Shown: piece after piece, positions 10,133 through 20,038 of the stretch
Numbering within the stretch: the stretch's first letter is position 1
Layout of the letters: every line of letters starts with the position of its first letter
DNA from: an uncultured delta proteobacterium
GTDB lineage: Bacteria > Desulfobacterota > Binatia > UBA9968
DNA: 64,000 nucleotides
Assembly (NCBI GenBank): GCA_963727625.1
Contig: CAVSHR010000004.1
Span: forward strand, 1,582,780 to 1,646,779
Reading direction: 5' to 3'
Position numbers and translations under genes: made by a program
Notes under the pieces: model-generated
What the model was told of the DNA's origin: nothing
Databases searched by the model: none
What the model saw: only the letters and a program-made list of their open reading frames with translations

Positions 10133-11668
10133 ATGGCCAAGAACGCATCCGCCGGGGCAACCAACGCAATTAAAATGTCAAAGCGCCCGTTCGAATTCCG
10201 GCGCGCGCTATCCGGCGACCTCTCGGCGACTTTTTACCTGGTGATTCTCGCATCGTTTTTGCTGATTCAAGTAAGCTCTTCTTGGATTCCGACGCGGGAC
10301 GGCGCCGCTTATTTATCGATTGCCAGAAGCCTTGCCTCTGGCAACGGACTGCAACGCTTCGGCAATCCCCATCTGCATTTTGCCCCGGGATACCCGGTGC
10401 TGATCGCTCCGGCATTCTTTTTTTCCGACCAGCCGTTCTTGCTGATTTCATCAATTCACTGGCTCTTTTTGGTGGCATTCATCTGGGGAATTTATCTCTG
10501 GTCCAAGCGCCAGCTGCCCGAGCATGCGCTGCTACTCACCGCGCTTTGCGCCGTCAACGTCGGTGTTTTGTACTATTTTCGCCGCACCCTGTCCGAAGCG
10601 GCGTTCATGCCGCTGCTGATTTGGACCGCGGTGTTCATGGATCGAGCGATCGACGCTCGCGACCGTACGGAGGCCGTTCTCTTTGCGCTCGCTGCCGCGC
10701 TGTTGGCCGGCTATCTTTGTACCGTGCGCCTGGCCGGCGTCACCCTCGCCGCCGGCTTTGCTCTCCTGCTTTTTGTTAAAGCGATAAAGCGGGAAATAAC
10801 CGGGATACGAGCCGCCTCCTGTGCCAGCCTGGTCCTCGCCACGGCACTCGGCGCAACCTTGCTGCTGATTGAATACGATCGTACCATGGCCTTAGCAAGT
10901 GGCGTCGCGAGCAGCTACTACGACGAACTCGCTCGCAGCAAAATAAACGTCTATCAAAGAATTCTGCTCGGGATTCTCTGGCGGGTTCAAGAAATCGGCA
11001 GATTGACCATTCCCGGTGCGTTTAAAGCTTACGGCGGTTGGACGAATCCGATTATGCTAGTTTACTTGCCGGTCTTTGTTGCGTTCATTATCGGTTGGTA
11101 CCGGGCAATCTCCCGACGCCCGAGCGCGCTGCTTTTTGCCTTCCCATTTTATTTCGGTCTCTATGTCATTTGGCTCGGCCATGGAACACGCTTCATGACC
11201 CCTATGATACCCGTGCTCTGGCTGTCGCTACTAGAATTCAGAACCCAATCCCGCTGGAAAGCGCTTATCCCCGGTTTTCCCGGCTGGCTTTTTATTGCAT
11301 GCCTGGTCACGAGCTTGACCTATTTCACCGCGGATCGGCTCGAGACAAAAAAACTCAACGCCTATTGGGATATCGTTAACACAATCTCTACAATCTTTCC
11401 CACACATGCTCCTATCGGCTTCATCCGCACCTCGGGTTCATTCTCCGCAAATTCTTTCGGCCCCATCTGCACGGTAAAATTCGACCGTCGATGTGAAGAA
11501 ATCCACGACCAAACAGCGCGCGCCCTCGATCCGCAATTGGAATACATAGTAATCCTAGGACCGCGTTTGGCCGTAACCGGGTTTGCACTCGTGCTCCAAA
11601 CCGAACAGCTGACTATGTTTCGGCGCATCCAGCCATTGGCAAGGCATCTACCATCCGAGCACGATTGA
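10133..11668 (+). CDS. ArnT/PMT-like (GT-C fold) membrane glycosyltransferase
   Basis: D..YLSIARSL..G, PGYP, LSEA, RF..P motifs and many hydrophobic segments. Confidence 0.75.
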   Translation: MAKNASAGATNAIKMSKRPFEFRRALSGDLSATFYLVILASFLLIQVSSSWIPTRDGAAYLSIARSLASGNGLQRFGNPHLHFAPGYPVLIAPAFFFSDQPFLLISSIHWLFLVAFIWGIYLWSKRQLPEHALLLTALCAVNVGVLYYFRRTLSEAAFMPLLIWTAVFMDRAIDARDRTEAVLFALAAALLAGYLCTVRLAGVTLAAGFALLLFVKAIKREITGIRAASCASLVLATALGATLLLIEYDRTMALASGVASSYYDELARSKINVYQRILLGILWRVQEIGRLTIPGAFKAYGGWTNPIMLVYLPVFVAFIIGWYRAISRRPSALLFAFPFYFGLYVIWLGHGTRFMTPMIPVLWLSLLEFRTQSRWKALIPGFPGWLFIACLVTSLTYFTADRLETKKLNAYWDIVNTISTIFPTHAPIGFIRTSGSFSANSFGPICTVKFDRRCEEIHDQTARALDPQLEYIVILGPRLAVTGFALVLQTEQLTMFRRIQPLARHLPSEHD

Positions 11669-11751
11669 TAGAAGCAATCTGCCAAAAATCGCTATCGCTT
11701 GACATCTCAGAACTTTGTCAGTTTGACAACCACGCAGTTGAAGTTCGAAAA

Positions 11752-12429
11752 CTAGTGATAATCAAGCAATCGCTCGCAATTCACGTCCAGCCAATTGGCT
11801 TCCCGGCGTTTAAACAACTCGACATCGGCAGGCGCCCACTCATCGGGCCTAACTCGATAACCTTGTTGGGTGTTAAATTCCATTAAGCGCCGCGTTCCGC
11901 ACTCTGCACCTCTCTCCCGAGCGATGACAACATCGCGGCCGCCATCGCACATTTCCATGGCGACTCCACAGGCCACTCGGTTTTCGTAGCATGCCTGATA
12001 TCCCAGCTCTGACGAAGCATCGACGAGCGTTGAACCGAAGGGTAGGAATATGCTTTGCAAGCCGCCCGGAGTAAATTGGCCGCCAACTGCCATGAAATTG
12101 TTGAGGACACAAAGGTTACCATCCGGATAGCGATTATTTTCCTGCAATGCGGAGCCCCGTGACTCTTCTAGGCTCAATTGGTTTTTGATCTGGCGTTGTG
12201 TCCACTCTGGGACCATCAGCGCCCATGCGCTGGAGCGTCCGCAACCATCGGAGAGCTGCGGGATGAGATCAAAGTGAACCCCGGCATGGAGGCTTAATTG
12301 ACAAAACCGCCGGCCTAGGACAAGCTGAGAAAATTCGGAGCCTAAGCGCGACAGGTCTGCCGCGGATGCATGGTTCGAGCTTCGTTCCCCTACCGCAATG
12401 ACGCAACGCGCCAGGAATAATAGCCTCAT
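11752..12429 (-). CDS. Hypothetical protein, possibly a degenerate gene
   Basis: 225-aa ORF filling the gap; no recognised motif. Confidence 0.25.
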   Translation of the reverse strand: MRLLFLARCVIAVGERSSNHASAADLSRLGSEFSQLVLGRRFCQLSLHAGVHFDLIPQLSDGCGRSSAWALMVPEWTQRQIKNQLSLEESRGSALQENNRYPDGNLCVLNNFMAVGGQFTPGGLQSIFLPFGSTLVDASSELGYQACYENRVACGVAMEMCDGGRDVVIARERGAECGTRRLMEFNTQQGYRVRPDEWAPADVELFKRREANWLDVNCERLLDYH

Positions 12430-12463
12430 ACGACGGTTCTGCTAAGCAATACGAGGGCACCCG

Positions 12464-13357
12464 ATGGCGCTTCGATGCGTTCGACAACCGATTATTTTGA
12501 TGGGTATGGCGAGGTCCGGAACCACGCTGTTGACCGATTTACTTCATCGACTCGGACTCTTCATCGGCCATAAACGAATTGTCGTCGACCAGGAAGCCAA
12601 ATATTTCGTTTCGGTCAACGATACGCTGCTTAAACGGGTGCATGGCTACTGGGACAATCCCGCGCCCATGCGCGCATTTCTTAAGGAGGAAGACGCCGTG
12701 GAGTCGACTGCGCGCCGCATGGAGGAAGACATCCGCTCGCCGCGCATCGCCGGCTTTCTTGGCTGGAAACAATATTTGGCGTACCATTCCGTCGAAGCCT
12801 TCGACAAGCCCTGGGGTTGGAAAGATCCGCGCAACGTTTTCACCCTGCCCTTATGGCTCCGGCTTTTTCCCGAGGCGAAAATTATTTACATCATACGCAA
12901 CGGCGTTGACGTAGCCGACAGCCTCTTGACCCTGGAACGTAAAGTCATCGCGCAAAGAGAAATAAGAAACGAGCGAGCCGCCCGGCGCATCAGCTTGCGC
13001 AGCCGTCTGGAGCGCGGCGGTTTCAAAGGCGCCGCGCGCTGTCTCGACCTCAGCGGCGGCTTCAGCCTGTGGGAAGAATACGTCGCTCAAGCCGAAGAGC
13101 TGCTGCCGGCCATAAGCAACGACCGCAAGGTGCTTCGCTACGAAGACTTTCTCGTCAATCCCGCCGATCGGCTTGCGGAACTAGCCGGCTTCTGCGATCT
13201 GAACGGCGCCTCTCGGCAAAAAATTGCCGAAGTCATCCCGTTGATCGACCGGAGCAGAAGTTGTGCATTTCTAGCCAACCCGGCATTGCAGACTTTTTAT
13301 CAGCAGGTCAAGAATACCCCCTGGATGGCGCGTCACAAATACGCCGATCTCGCATGA
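12464..13357 (+). CDS. PAPS-dependent sulfotransferase
   Basis: GMARSGTT 5'-PSB loop, WGWKDPR, IIRNGVDVADS, RYEDF. Confidence 0.88.
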   Translation: MALRCVRQPIILMGMARSGTTLLTDLLHRLGLFIGHKRIVVDQEAKYFVSVNDTLLKRVHGYWDNPAPMRAFLKEEDAVESTARRMEEDIRSPRIAGFLGWKQYLAYHSVEAFDKPWGWKDPRNVFTLPLWLRLFPEAKIIYIIRNGVDVADSLLTLERKVIAQREIRNERAARRISLRSRLERGGFKGAARCLDLSGGFSLWEEYVAQAEELLPAISNDRKVLRYEDFLVNPADRLAELAGFCDLNGASRQKIAEVIPLIDRSRSCAFLANPALQTFYQQVKNTPWMARHKYADLA

Positions 13358-13461
13358 GACGCTGGACCAATCTTTCACGGCCAAACTTGCGGCGCGAACC
13401 GGACGGTAGGAAACTTGACGGCAATCGTTGTGGCGAAACACGTCTGTGAGGTAAGACCGCA

Positions 13462-14340
13462 ATGCCACACGTCAGCGTCGTCATACCAACGTACAATCGC
13501 CGAACCTTCCTAATCGAGGCGCTCCAGTCAGTTTTTGCCCAAACTTTTCGCGATTTTGAGGCGATCGTTATCGACGATGGTTCGAGCGACGGCACCGAGC
13601 AGGCGCTGCGCTCGTTCGAAGCTCGTGTGCGCTACTTTTACAAACCCAACGGCGGGGTGTCGAGCGCGCGCAACGAGGGCATCCGGCAGGCCACCGGAAG
13701 CCTTATCGCTTTTCTCGATTCCGACGACCTTTGGGAAGCGAATTTCCTCGAAGTCACCGTCGGCTATCTCGAAAATAATCCTGACGCGGCAATGGTCTCC
13801 ACCGGCTGGCGCACCCTGCCCAGCGGCCATCGCTGGCCGCCGATCAAAGAACCGCTGCTGCAAGGTCGTTTGCTGCCGCGCTTGCTCCAAACCAGAATGG
13901 TCAGAACTTCGGCCGTCGTCGTTCGTAAAACCGCCCTACTGGGGGCGGGGCTGTTCGATGAAAGACTCGATGTCGCGGAAGATCTAGACATGTGGTTAAA
14001 ACTGGCCGCGCGTTATCCTACCGCCTTCTTAAACGTTCATTTGAGTTGGGGCCGGCGCCACGATGATCGGCTGAGCAAGAATCGTCGGCTCCACCTCGAG
14101 CGTCAGCTTCAAGTGCTTGAGGCTCGCGATGATCCGGCTCTCGCTGCAAAGACCATTTTCAATCGACGGCGCGCGCAATTGTATGTCGAACTTGGACAAA
14201 GCCATTTCAAAGTCAACGATTTTTCGGCGGCCAGAGCTTGCTATAAACAGGCTCTGGCGCTCAACCCGTATTCTGTCCGCGCCCGCCGCCACCTGGTAAA
14301 AACACTTTTTGCCCGGCGCAAGCGTTCGGAGCAGGTCTGA
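13462..14340 (+). CDS. Glycosyltransferase family 2 with TPR-like C-terminus
   Basis: VSVVIPTYN, DDGSSD, ARNEG, FLDSDD, EDLD. Confidence 0.88.
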   Translation: MPHVSVVIPTYNRRTFLIEALQSVFAQTFRDFEAIVIDDGSSDGTEQALRSFEARVRYFYKPNGGVSSARNEGIRQATGSLIAFLDSDDLWEANFLEVTVGYLENNPDAAMVSTGWRTLPSGHRWPPIKEPLLQGRLLPRLLQTRMVRTSAVVVRKTALLGAGLFDERLDVAEDLDMWLKLAARYPTAFLNVHLSWGRRHDDRLSKNRRLHLERQLQVLEARDDPALAAKTIFNRRRAQLYVELGQSHFKVNDFSAARACYKQALALNPYSVRARRHLVKTLFARRKRSEQV

Positions 14341-14465
14341 GAAGTCTCAACCTGTTCCGCTCCAGGCGGGCGACTTCATGGGGCCGCGAAGGATAGTTTG
14401 GTTGCTTTGAATTTGGTTCGGCGCGCGGGTAATAATCTCGAAAAAAGGTCGACCGATCCCCACCG

Positions 14466-15428
14466 ATGAACGCCGTCGATTTATCCATCTGCATCGTCAA
14501 CTGGAATCGCTGCGAGCTGCTCCGCAATTTGCTACTTTCCTTGCAACCCGCTTACGCCGGCTTGGCCGCGGAGGTGATCGTCGTCGACAACGCCTCGACC
14601 GACGGCTCGGCGAAGATGGTCGCCGTGGAATTTCCCGAGGTTCAGTTGACGCGCAATGGGCAGAATCTCGGCTTTTCGAAGGCGAATAATCAAGCGGTGG
14701 CCAAAGCCCGAGGCCGCTATGTATTGTTCCTGAACAACGACACGATCGTGCGCCAGGGCGCGCTCGAACAGATGACAACGTTGTTGGACAAGCGGCCTGA
14801 CATCGTGGCGGTGGGGCCGCGCTTGAATGGTATCGACGGCCGGCCGCGCGATCGTTATATATGCCTGCCGACGTTGCCGGCGCTGCTCGACCGCGTCCGA
14901 CTGTTGCATTGGACGCGCCTGTTCCGCAGAGCTTACCGCGCCTACCGGCGTGGCAGCTTCAATGCAGCCGAGTCGCAAACAGTCGAACAGGTGCCGGGCT
15001 CGGCGGTGATGGTGCGCCGCGAGCCATTCTTGGCCAGCGGCGGATGGGATGAGGGCTTTGACTTTGGCTGCGAGGACTTTGATCTTTCAGCGCGTTTGAA
15101 ACGGCTCGGTTTGTTGTACTATCTGGCCAGCGCCGAGATCATCCATTTGGGCGGCAGAAGCTCCCGTGCCAACACGAGCTTTGTCTATCGCGGTTATGAA
15201 TGCGGCTGCGCCCGCTATCTGGCGAAGCATTCACGGTGGCGCGCGGCGGCGTGGATCTATAAACTGCTGGTCACCCTGGACATGCCGGTCCGAATCATAG
15301 CTTTGGCGGCGCGCTATACCGCGACGCGTTTTCGGCTGAATCAAGAGCGGGCGGAGCGCAGATGGCTTCACCTAACGGCGGCAAGCCGGTTCATGTTTTT
15401 CGATCTACCGCGCTTCTGGCGCGCTTGA
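14466..15428 (+). CDS. Glycosyltransferase family 2 (WbbL/rhamnosyltransferase-like)
   Basis: IVNWN, VDNASTD, NLGFSKANN, LNND, GWDEGF..EDFD. Confidence 0.85.
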   Translation: MNAVDLSICIVNWNRCELLRNLLLSLQPAYAGLAAEVIVVDNASTDGSAKMVAVEFPEVQLTRNGQNLGFSKANNQAVAKARGRYVLFLNNDTIVRQGALEQMTTLLDKRPDIVAVGPRLNGIDGRPRDRYICLPTLPALLDRVRLLHWTRLFRRAYRAYRRGSFNAAESQTVEQVPGSAVMVRREPFLASGGWDEGFDFGCEDFDLSARLKRLGLLYYLASAEIIHLGGRSSRANTSFVYRGYECGCARYLAKHSRWRAAAWIYKLLVTLDMPVRIIALAARYTATRFRLNQERAERRWLHLTAASRFMFFDLPRFWRA

Positions 15429-15457
15429 TTGAACGTCGGGTTCGAGAATCCACGACC

Positions 15458-16429
15458 ATGCGCCGCGTGAGTGTTATCATACCTGTTTTCAACGATGAAC
15501 GTTTCATCGGTGCGGCCATCGAAAGCGTGCAAAGACAACAATTCCGCCCGCTCGAAATTATCGTCATAGACGATGGTTCGACGGACGGCACCAAGGACGC
15601 CGTCGACCGCTCTAGCGGACCCGTGCCGGTATCTTATCATTATCAAAAAAATCAGGGGCCCGGCGTCGCCCGCAACCTGGGCGTATCGCGGGCGCAAGGT
15701 GACTGGATCGCGTTTCTCGACGCGGATGATATCTGGTATCCGCAAAAGCTCGCCGTGCAGTTGGAGCAGATCGAGGTTCACCCGGAGGCGGGCTTGGTCT
15801 ATTCCGATTTCGACGTCCTGCTACCAGAAGGCGCGATCGCACCGCGGACTACCGTCAGGCAATTTACCCGTCCGTCCAAGGATGAATGGAAAAAGCTCGC
15901 CAATGTCGTATTTGACGGCCGGCCCTTTCCCTTCCCTTCGACGGTCCTAGTGCGCCGAGATGTTTTTGAAGGGTTGGGCGGCTTTCGCGCGGATATGCGG
16001 CAATATTTCGAGGACTTCGAATTGTTTGCCCGTGTGGCAAAGAGCTTTTCGCTTTTTTACATTGGACAGAACCTCGTGCTCTATCGGCTCACGCCGAAAT
16101 CCCAACGAGAACTTCAAGACACTCCGAATCTGTTGATTCTATTGGCGTCGTTGTGGCAGCTATGGGAGGATCAACCGGAACGGCAACCAATTTTGATTAA
16201 ACAGTATGCTTACCACTATGCGCTGTTAGCCAAATACGCCCTTCAGGACGGGAACTTCGAACAAGCCCGGGAGTACTATCGGTTGTCGTTTGCCTATTCG
16301 CCCGCTCTTTATTACCCATGGTCCTGGAAAAACCTGCGCCGCTGGGCGCTGTGCTACTTGCCCGGTCTCAGATACCTATACACTAGGGAGACCCGTCGAC
16401 GGGCGAGTATCGCGTCGCAATCAAAGTGA
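15458..16429 (+). CDS. Glycosyltransferase family 2
   Basis: VSVIIPVFN, DDGSTD, FLDADD, EDFE. Confidence 0.88.
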   Translation: MRRVSVIIPVFNDERFIGAAIESVQRQQFRPLEIIVIDDGSTDGTKDAVDRSSGPVPVSYHYQKNQGPGVARNLGVSRAQGDWIAFLDADDIWYPQKLAVQLEQIEVHPEAGLVYSDFDVLLPEGAIAPRTTVRQFTRPSKDEWKKLANVVFDGRPFPFPSTVLVRRDVFEGLGGFRADMRQYFEDFELFARVAKSFSLFYIGQNLVLYRLTPKSQRELQDTPNLLILLASLWQLWEDQPERQPILIKQYAYHYALLAKYALQDGNFEQAREYYRLSFAYSPALYYPWSWKNLRRWALCYLPGLRYLYTRETRRRASIASQSK

Positions 16430-16614
16430 CTCGCGAATTTAACAATGGGCTTCGAACATCCTAGTGCGGTCATGGCGGTAGAATGCAAAAGAAATCGTCC
16501 CGCGATTGAGATCCCAGCTCGGCTTATTCGACGATGAAGCCTAAGCGAAACATAGTCGATGGCTACATTAGGCAAGATTTGGGCGCCGCGGGTTCTGATT
16601 AGGTTCGTCACGCC

Positions 16615-17577
16615 ATGATCTCCGTCAGCGTCGTTGTTCCGGTCTACAACGGTCGGCAATTTATCCGCAGGGCGCTTCGTAGCGCCGTAGAGCAAACCCT
16701 CCGTCCGATGGAGATCATCGTGATTGATGACGGCTCCACCGACGAGACGCGCAAGGAGCTTGAGTCCTACGCGGTGCGCTATCAGCGACAGGAGCATCAA
16801 GGTGCGGGGGCGGCACGCAATTTGGGAGTATCATTGGCGCGCGGCGAGTGGGTGGCCTTTCTTGACGCGGACGATGTCTGGCATCCCGATAAGCTCGAAA
16901 TCCAGTGGCGACACATGGAAAACTATCCCGAAGTGGAGTTCGTCTATTCCGACGTGGATCTCGTTGACGACTCGGGAAAGGTGCTCAGAAAACATTGGGC
17001 GAGCGCCGAATTTGTTCAAAAGAAACCCAACAGCCGGCAGCAGCTGAGCCGGAGAGTCTTCGACGGCCGGCCGTTTCCTCTGCCTTCGACGGTCATGCTG
17101 AAGCATAAACTAATCGAACGGAGCGGCGGCTTTAGCAGCGCTTTTAAGGGCAAATACCACGAGGATTTCGAATTTTTTGCCCGTCTGGCCCAGCTGGTTT
17201 CGCCGCATTTTATTCCACAAAGCCTTGCGCAACACCGTCGGCACAACATTCACACGGCCGCGGATGCGGAAATGGACCGTCAAAACTGGCTGACTTTTCT
17301 GAATTGCCTGTGGCAGCTTTGGCAAAGTTCCCCGAGCAAGCAGGCAAGTTTGACCAGACACTTTGCCAAATATTATGCCAACGAAGGCAAACGCGCTTTG
17401 CGCACGGGCAATTACCTCGAAGCGCGCCGGCTTTGCCGGTTAGCTCATTCCTATTGGCCCTTTGCCACGGCCAATATACGTCATTGGATATTGAGTTATT
17501 TACCGGGGCTGCGCGAGCTCTATCGCCGACGAGCGGCCAAGCGCGGCTCCAAGCAGCCTCGAGCCTGCGGGGCTTGA
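16615..17577 (+). CDS. Glycosyltransferase family 2, paralog of the preceding gene
   Basis: Same GT2 motifs; shares VFDGRPFP.PSTV, LWQLW and YLPGLR with 15458..16429. Confidence 0.88.
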   Translation: MISVSVVVPVYNGRQFIRRALRSAVEQTLRPMEIIVIDDGSTDETRKELESYAVRYQRQEHQGAGAARNLGVSLARGEWVAFLDADDVWHPDKLEIQWRHMENYPEVEFVYSDVDLVDDSGKVLRKHWASAEFVQKKPNSRQQLSRRVFDGRPFPLPSTVMLKHKLIERSGGFSSAFKGKYHEDFEFFARLAQLVSPHFIPQSLAQHRRHNIHTAADAEMDRQNWLTFLNCLWQLWQSSPSKQASLTRHFAKYYANEGKRALRTGNYLEARRLCRLAHSYWPFATANIRHWILSYLPGLRELYRRRAAKRGSKQPRACGA

Positions 17578-17648
17578 GCGTCGGGCGCGCATCGACCGAC
17601 CGACGGTGTTGACGAATTCCGAGAAATTGAAGTGGCACGGAGCCATCA

Positions 17649-18710
17649 ATGAAATTTCTTTTCGCCACAGGCGGAACGCACCTGCCGGACCAGGTCGGCG
17701 GCGCGGAATGGTCGGCGCACACCCTCCTTAAGCTACTTTGTGAAAACGGCCATGAATGCGAAGCGGTCGTCGGTCTGCGCCGCGGCTGGCGCCGCAGGAT
17801 GGTGCGTCACGCGCACTTTTTTTCCGCCGGCCAGCTACTCCGCCTCACCGATCGCCACAATGGTTATCCCACCCACCGAACCGCTGCTTGGCTGATACCC
17901 AAATTGACGCGTCACCGTCTACGTAAGTTTCAGCCCGACCTCGTGATCACGCAGCTTGAGCGCAGTAACGAAATCGCCGAGACTGCCCTCGCCCACGCAA
18001 CCCGAGTGGCGCTGATGGTCAGAAATGCCGAGTTCGATCGGCAGCTCCGGCCTAGACCGTCTCCGGGATTGAAATATATCAGTAATTCGAATTTCATAGC
18101 CGCCCGTGTGCGCGAGCGCTTCAACCTGGAAAGCGAGGTGATTTACGGAATCATCCGCCTGGAGCGCTATCGCGTCGAAACTCACAACCCTGAGTATTTG
18201 ACCTTCATCAACCCACTCCCTCTAAAAGGACTCGATCTGGCGCTTGCCCTGGCTGCGCTGCTGCCGCAGCGGCGGTTTCTATTCGTTGAGGGCTGGCGTA
18301 TGGCGGCGCGGCTTCGCCAAGAGCTCGAATCACGACTCGAATCCGTACCTAATGTAACACTCTCGCCTTGGACTTCCGATATGCGGCAGGTCTATACGCG
18401 CACCGCGATTTTGCTGGTGCCATCTCAGTGGGAGGAAGCTTTCGGTAGAGTGGCATTGGAAGCCCAAGTGAGCGGCATTCCGGTGATTGGCCGCGATATC
18501 GGTGGCCTCAGCGAAGTTCTCCAAGAGAGCGGCACGCTGCTTGCCCGGGATGCACCGCCCCAAGTCTGGGCTGACACCGTGGAACGGCTGCTCAGCCACA
18601 CCGCATTATATGCGGCACTCTCTGCTGCGGCGAAGGCGAATGCAGAGCGGCCGATCTTCGATCCACATCGTCAATTGAAACGTTTCCTTGAGCTCGTGTC
18701 CCATTGGTGA
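17649..18710 (+). CDS. Glycosyltransferase family 4
   Basis: GGAE, NSNF, KG, PSQWEEAFGRVALEA. Confidence 0.87.
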   Translation: MKFLFATGGTHLPDQVGGAEWSAHTLLKLLCENGHECEAVVGLRRGWRRRMVRHAHFFSAGQLLRLTDRHNGYPTHRTAAWLIPKLTRHRLRKFQPDLVITQLERSNEIAETALAHATRVALMVRNAEFDRQLRPRPSPGLKYISNSNFIAARVRERFNLESEVIYGIIRLERYRVETHNPEYLTFINPLPLKGLDLALALAALLPQRRFLFVEGWRMAARLRQELESRLESVPNVTLSPWTSDMRQVYTRTAILLVPSQWEEAFGRVALEAQVSGIPVIGRDIGGLSEVLQESGTLLARDAPPQVWADTVERLLSHTALYAALSAAAKANAERPIFDPHRQLKRFLELVSHW

Positions 18711-18829
18711 CGCAGTCTGAGCGTTTGACCCGCCTAATAGCAAAGAACCTTCGAGTCGCTGCGGCCGCGGTAACGGGCATCGCCGCTCTTGGGGCATTCA
18801 CAACTAACTTCACTCGCCGAAATTCCGCG

Positions 18830-18997
18830 CTAACCGACTGGACGGGAGAGGCTCACGAACGGCGCAGCCTGGTGCATGGACAATTTCACTGCATCGTCAG
18901 CAAACACCCAGCGTGCCAGCCAATGCTCCCGCTCGATAGAATTCTGTTGACGCCATGCTTGCCAGAAAAGCGGCCAATCAATTTCGGCTATTTTCAT
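18830..18997 (-). CDS. Small Trp-rich protein (55 aa), not in ORF track
   Basis: G-rich SD-like run, then MKIAEIDWPLFWQAWRQQNSIEREHWLARWVFADDAVKLSMHQAAPFVSLSRPVG. Confidence 0.55.
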   Translation of the reverse strand: MKIAEIDWPLFWQAWRQQNSIEREHWLARWVFADDAVKLSMHQAAPFVSLSRPVG

Positions 18998-19036
18998 CTA
19001 ATTCCCCCCTGTAATTCCCAGCAACAGCCTCGCTCG

Positions 19037-19210
19037 CTATGCACCGCGAAAATTAGCTTTTGCGCTGCGCAAATAAAACAACCGCGCCTGGAACCAGGTG
19101 CCTTCCGGCCAGCGCCAGTTTTGGCCAGACAGCGAATCGCCGCCGTAGAATCCGCCGTAGAATCCGTCGTTGACCCGGCTTTGTCGGAAAATCGATTCCC
19201 ACGCATTCAT
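19037..19210 (-). CDS. Small aromatic-rich protein (57 aa), not in ORF track
   Basis: Strong SD AAAGGAGG, then MNAWESIFRQSRVNDGFYGGFYGGDSLSGQNWRWPEGTWFQARLFYLRSAKANFRGA; contains a 12-bp in-frame tandem duplication. Confidence 0.6.
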   Translation of the reverse strand: MNAWESIFRQSRVNDGFYGGFYGGDSLSGQNWRWPEGTWFQARLFYLRSAKANFRGA

Positions 19211-19257
19211 TGATAAACCTCCTTTAAGAACCTGCTTGCAAAAAATTTTGCTTTTGG

Positions 19258-19680
19258 TTATCCCGCCAGTTTTTCTGCGTCGACGTGGCGCGAGGGCCGC
19301 GTCGCTTTGTCATTTTTTTCCTTCCAGCGCAGCAGTCCCTGGCGTAAATACTCGGGACTCAAGCCCAGGGCATCGCAGACGTTGGCAAAAGAAAAAACCC
19401 AGTCGCTATCGGCGTCGACGATCCATGCCGCCGCTTCGTCGAAGTCGCGTTCTCTCTTGCCGTGACTCGCGGTCAGGTTATCCTGGTAGCTGTGGATGCC
19501 ATCCTCGAGGATCGCCAGCATTAGCCGCTTCTCCGGCTCAAAGAGCGTTTTCCGACGGAGATTGTCAAAGTATTGCGCCGAGAGCTGCGCATCCGGCTGG
19601 AACAGCGACGCGATTCTATCGTCATGCACGACACCCGTGGTCTCATTTTCGTAGCTCGAACTCTGCCGCTCTGCGTCCAT
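19258..19680 (-). CDS. Conserved hypothetical protein
   Basis: SD GGAGG; EKRLMLAILED..W..D..W.FSF..VC..LGL....R..L pattern I recall from uncharacterised proteins. Confidence 0.7.
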   Translation of the reverse strand: MDAERQSSSYENETTGVVHDDRIASLFQPDAQLSAQYFDNLRRKTLFEPEKRLMLAILEDGIHSYQDNLTASHGKRERDFDEAAAWIVDADSDWVFSFANVCDALGLSPEYLRQGLLRWKEKNDKATRPSRHVDAEKLAG

Positions 19681-19690
19681 CGCTATCCTC

Positions 19691-20038
19691 CTAGTTGCCG
19701 CTGTTGCCGATGTGATATTCGACTTTGCGGGAGATCTCGGTTTTGCTCACCGCGCCAGGCAAGCGCTCCACTTCCTCGCCATCCTGGAACAGAATCAGCG
19801 TCGGTATGGCACGCACGCCGTAACGCTCGATGATTGCCGGGCTGGCATCGACATTGAGCTTGACCACATGGGCCCGATCCGCCCAACTCTGTGCCACCGC
19901 CTCAACCGTCGGCGCGAGCGCCAGGCAGGGACCGCACCACTCGGTTCAAAAATCCACCAAGACCGGCCGCTCCGATTGCAGAACCGTCTCTTGGAAATTG
20001 CTATCGTTCACTTCGCGAACCAGTTTGCTCATTGTCAT
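19691..20038 (-). pseudogene. trxA: Thioredoxin with in-frame TGA at 19946-19948
   Basis: [54 protein letters not shown]; TGA at the usual DF(W) position. Confidence 0.85.

Noticed and set aside
19037-19210. Aromatic-rich microprotein as substrate of the P450 (biarylitide-like RiPP)
   Set aside because: About 16 kb apart in different transcription units, and no recognisable biarylitide MxYxH motif
19946-19948. Selenocysteine or alternative genetic code for the thioredoxin TGA
   Set aside because: TGA is at a Trp position, both active-site Cys are TGC, and TGA ends many genes in this window
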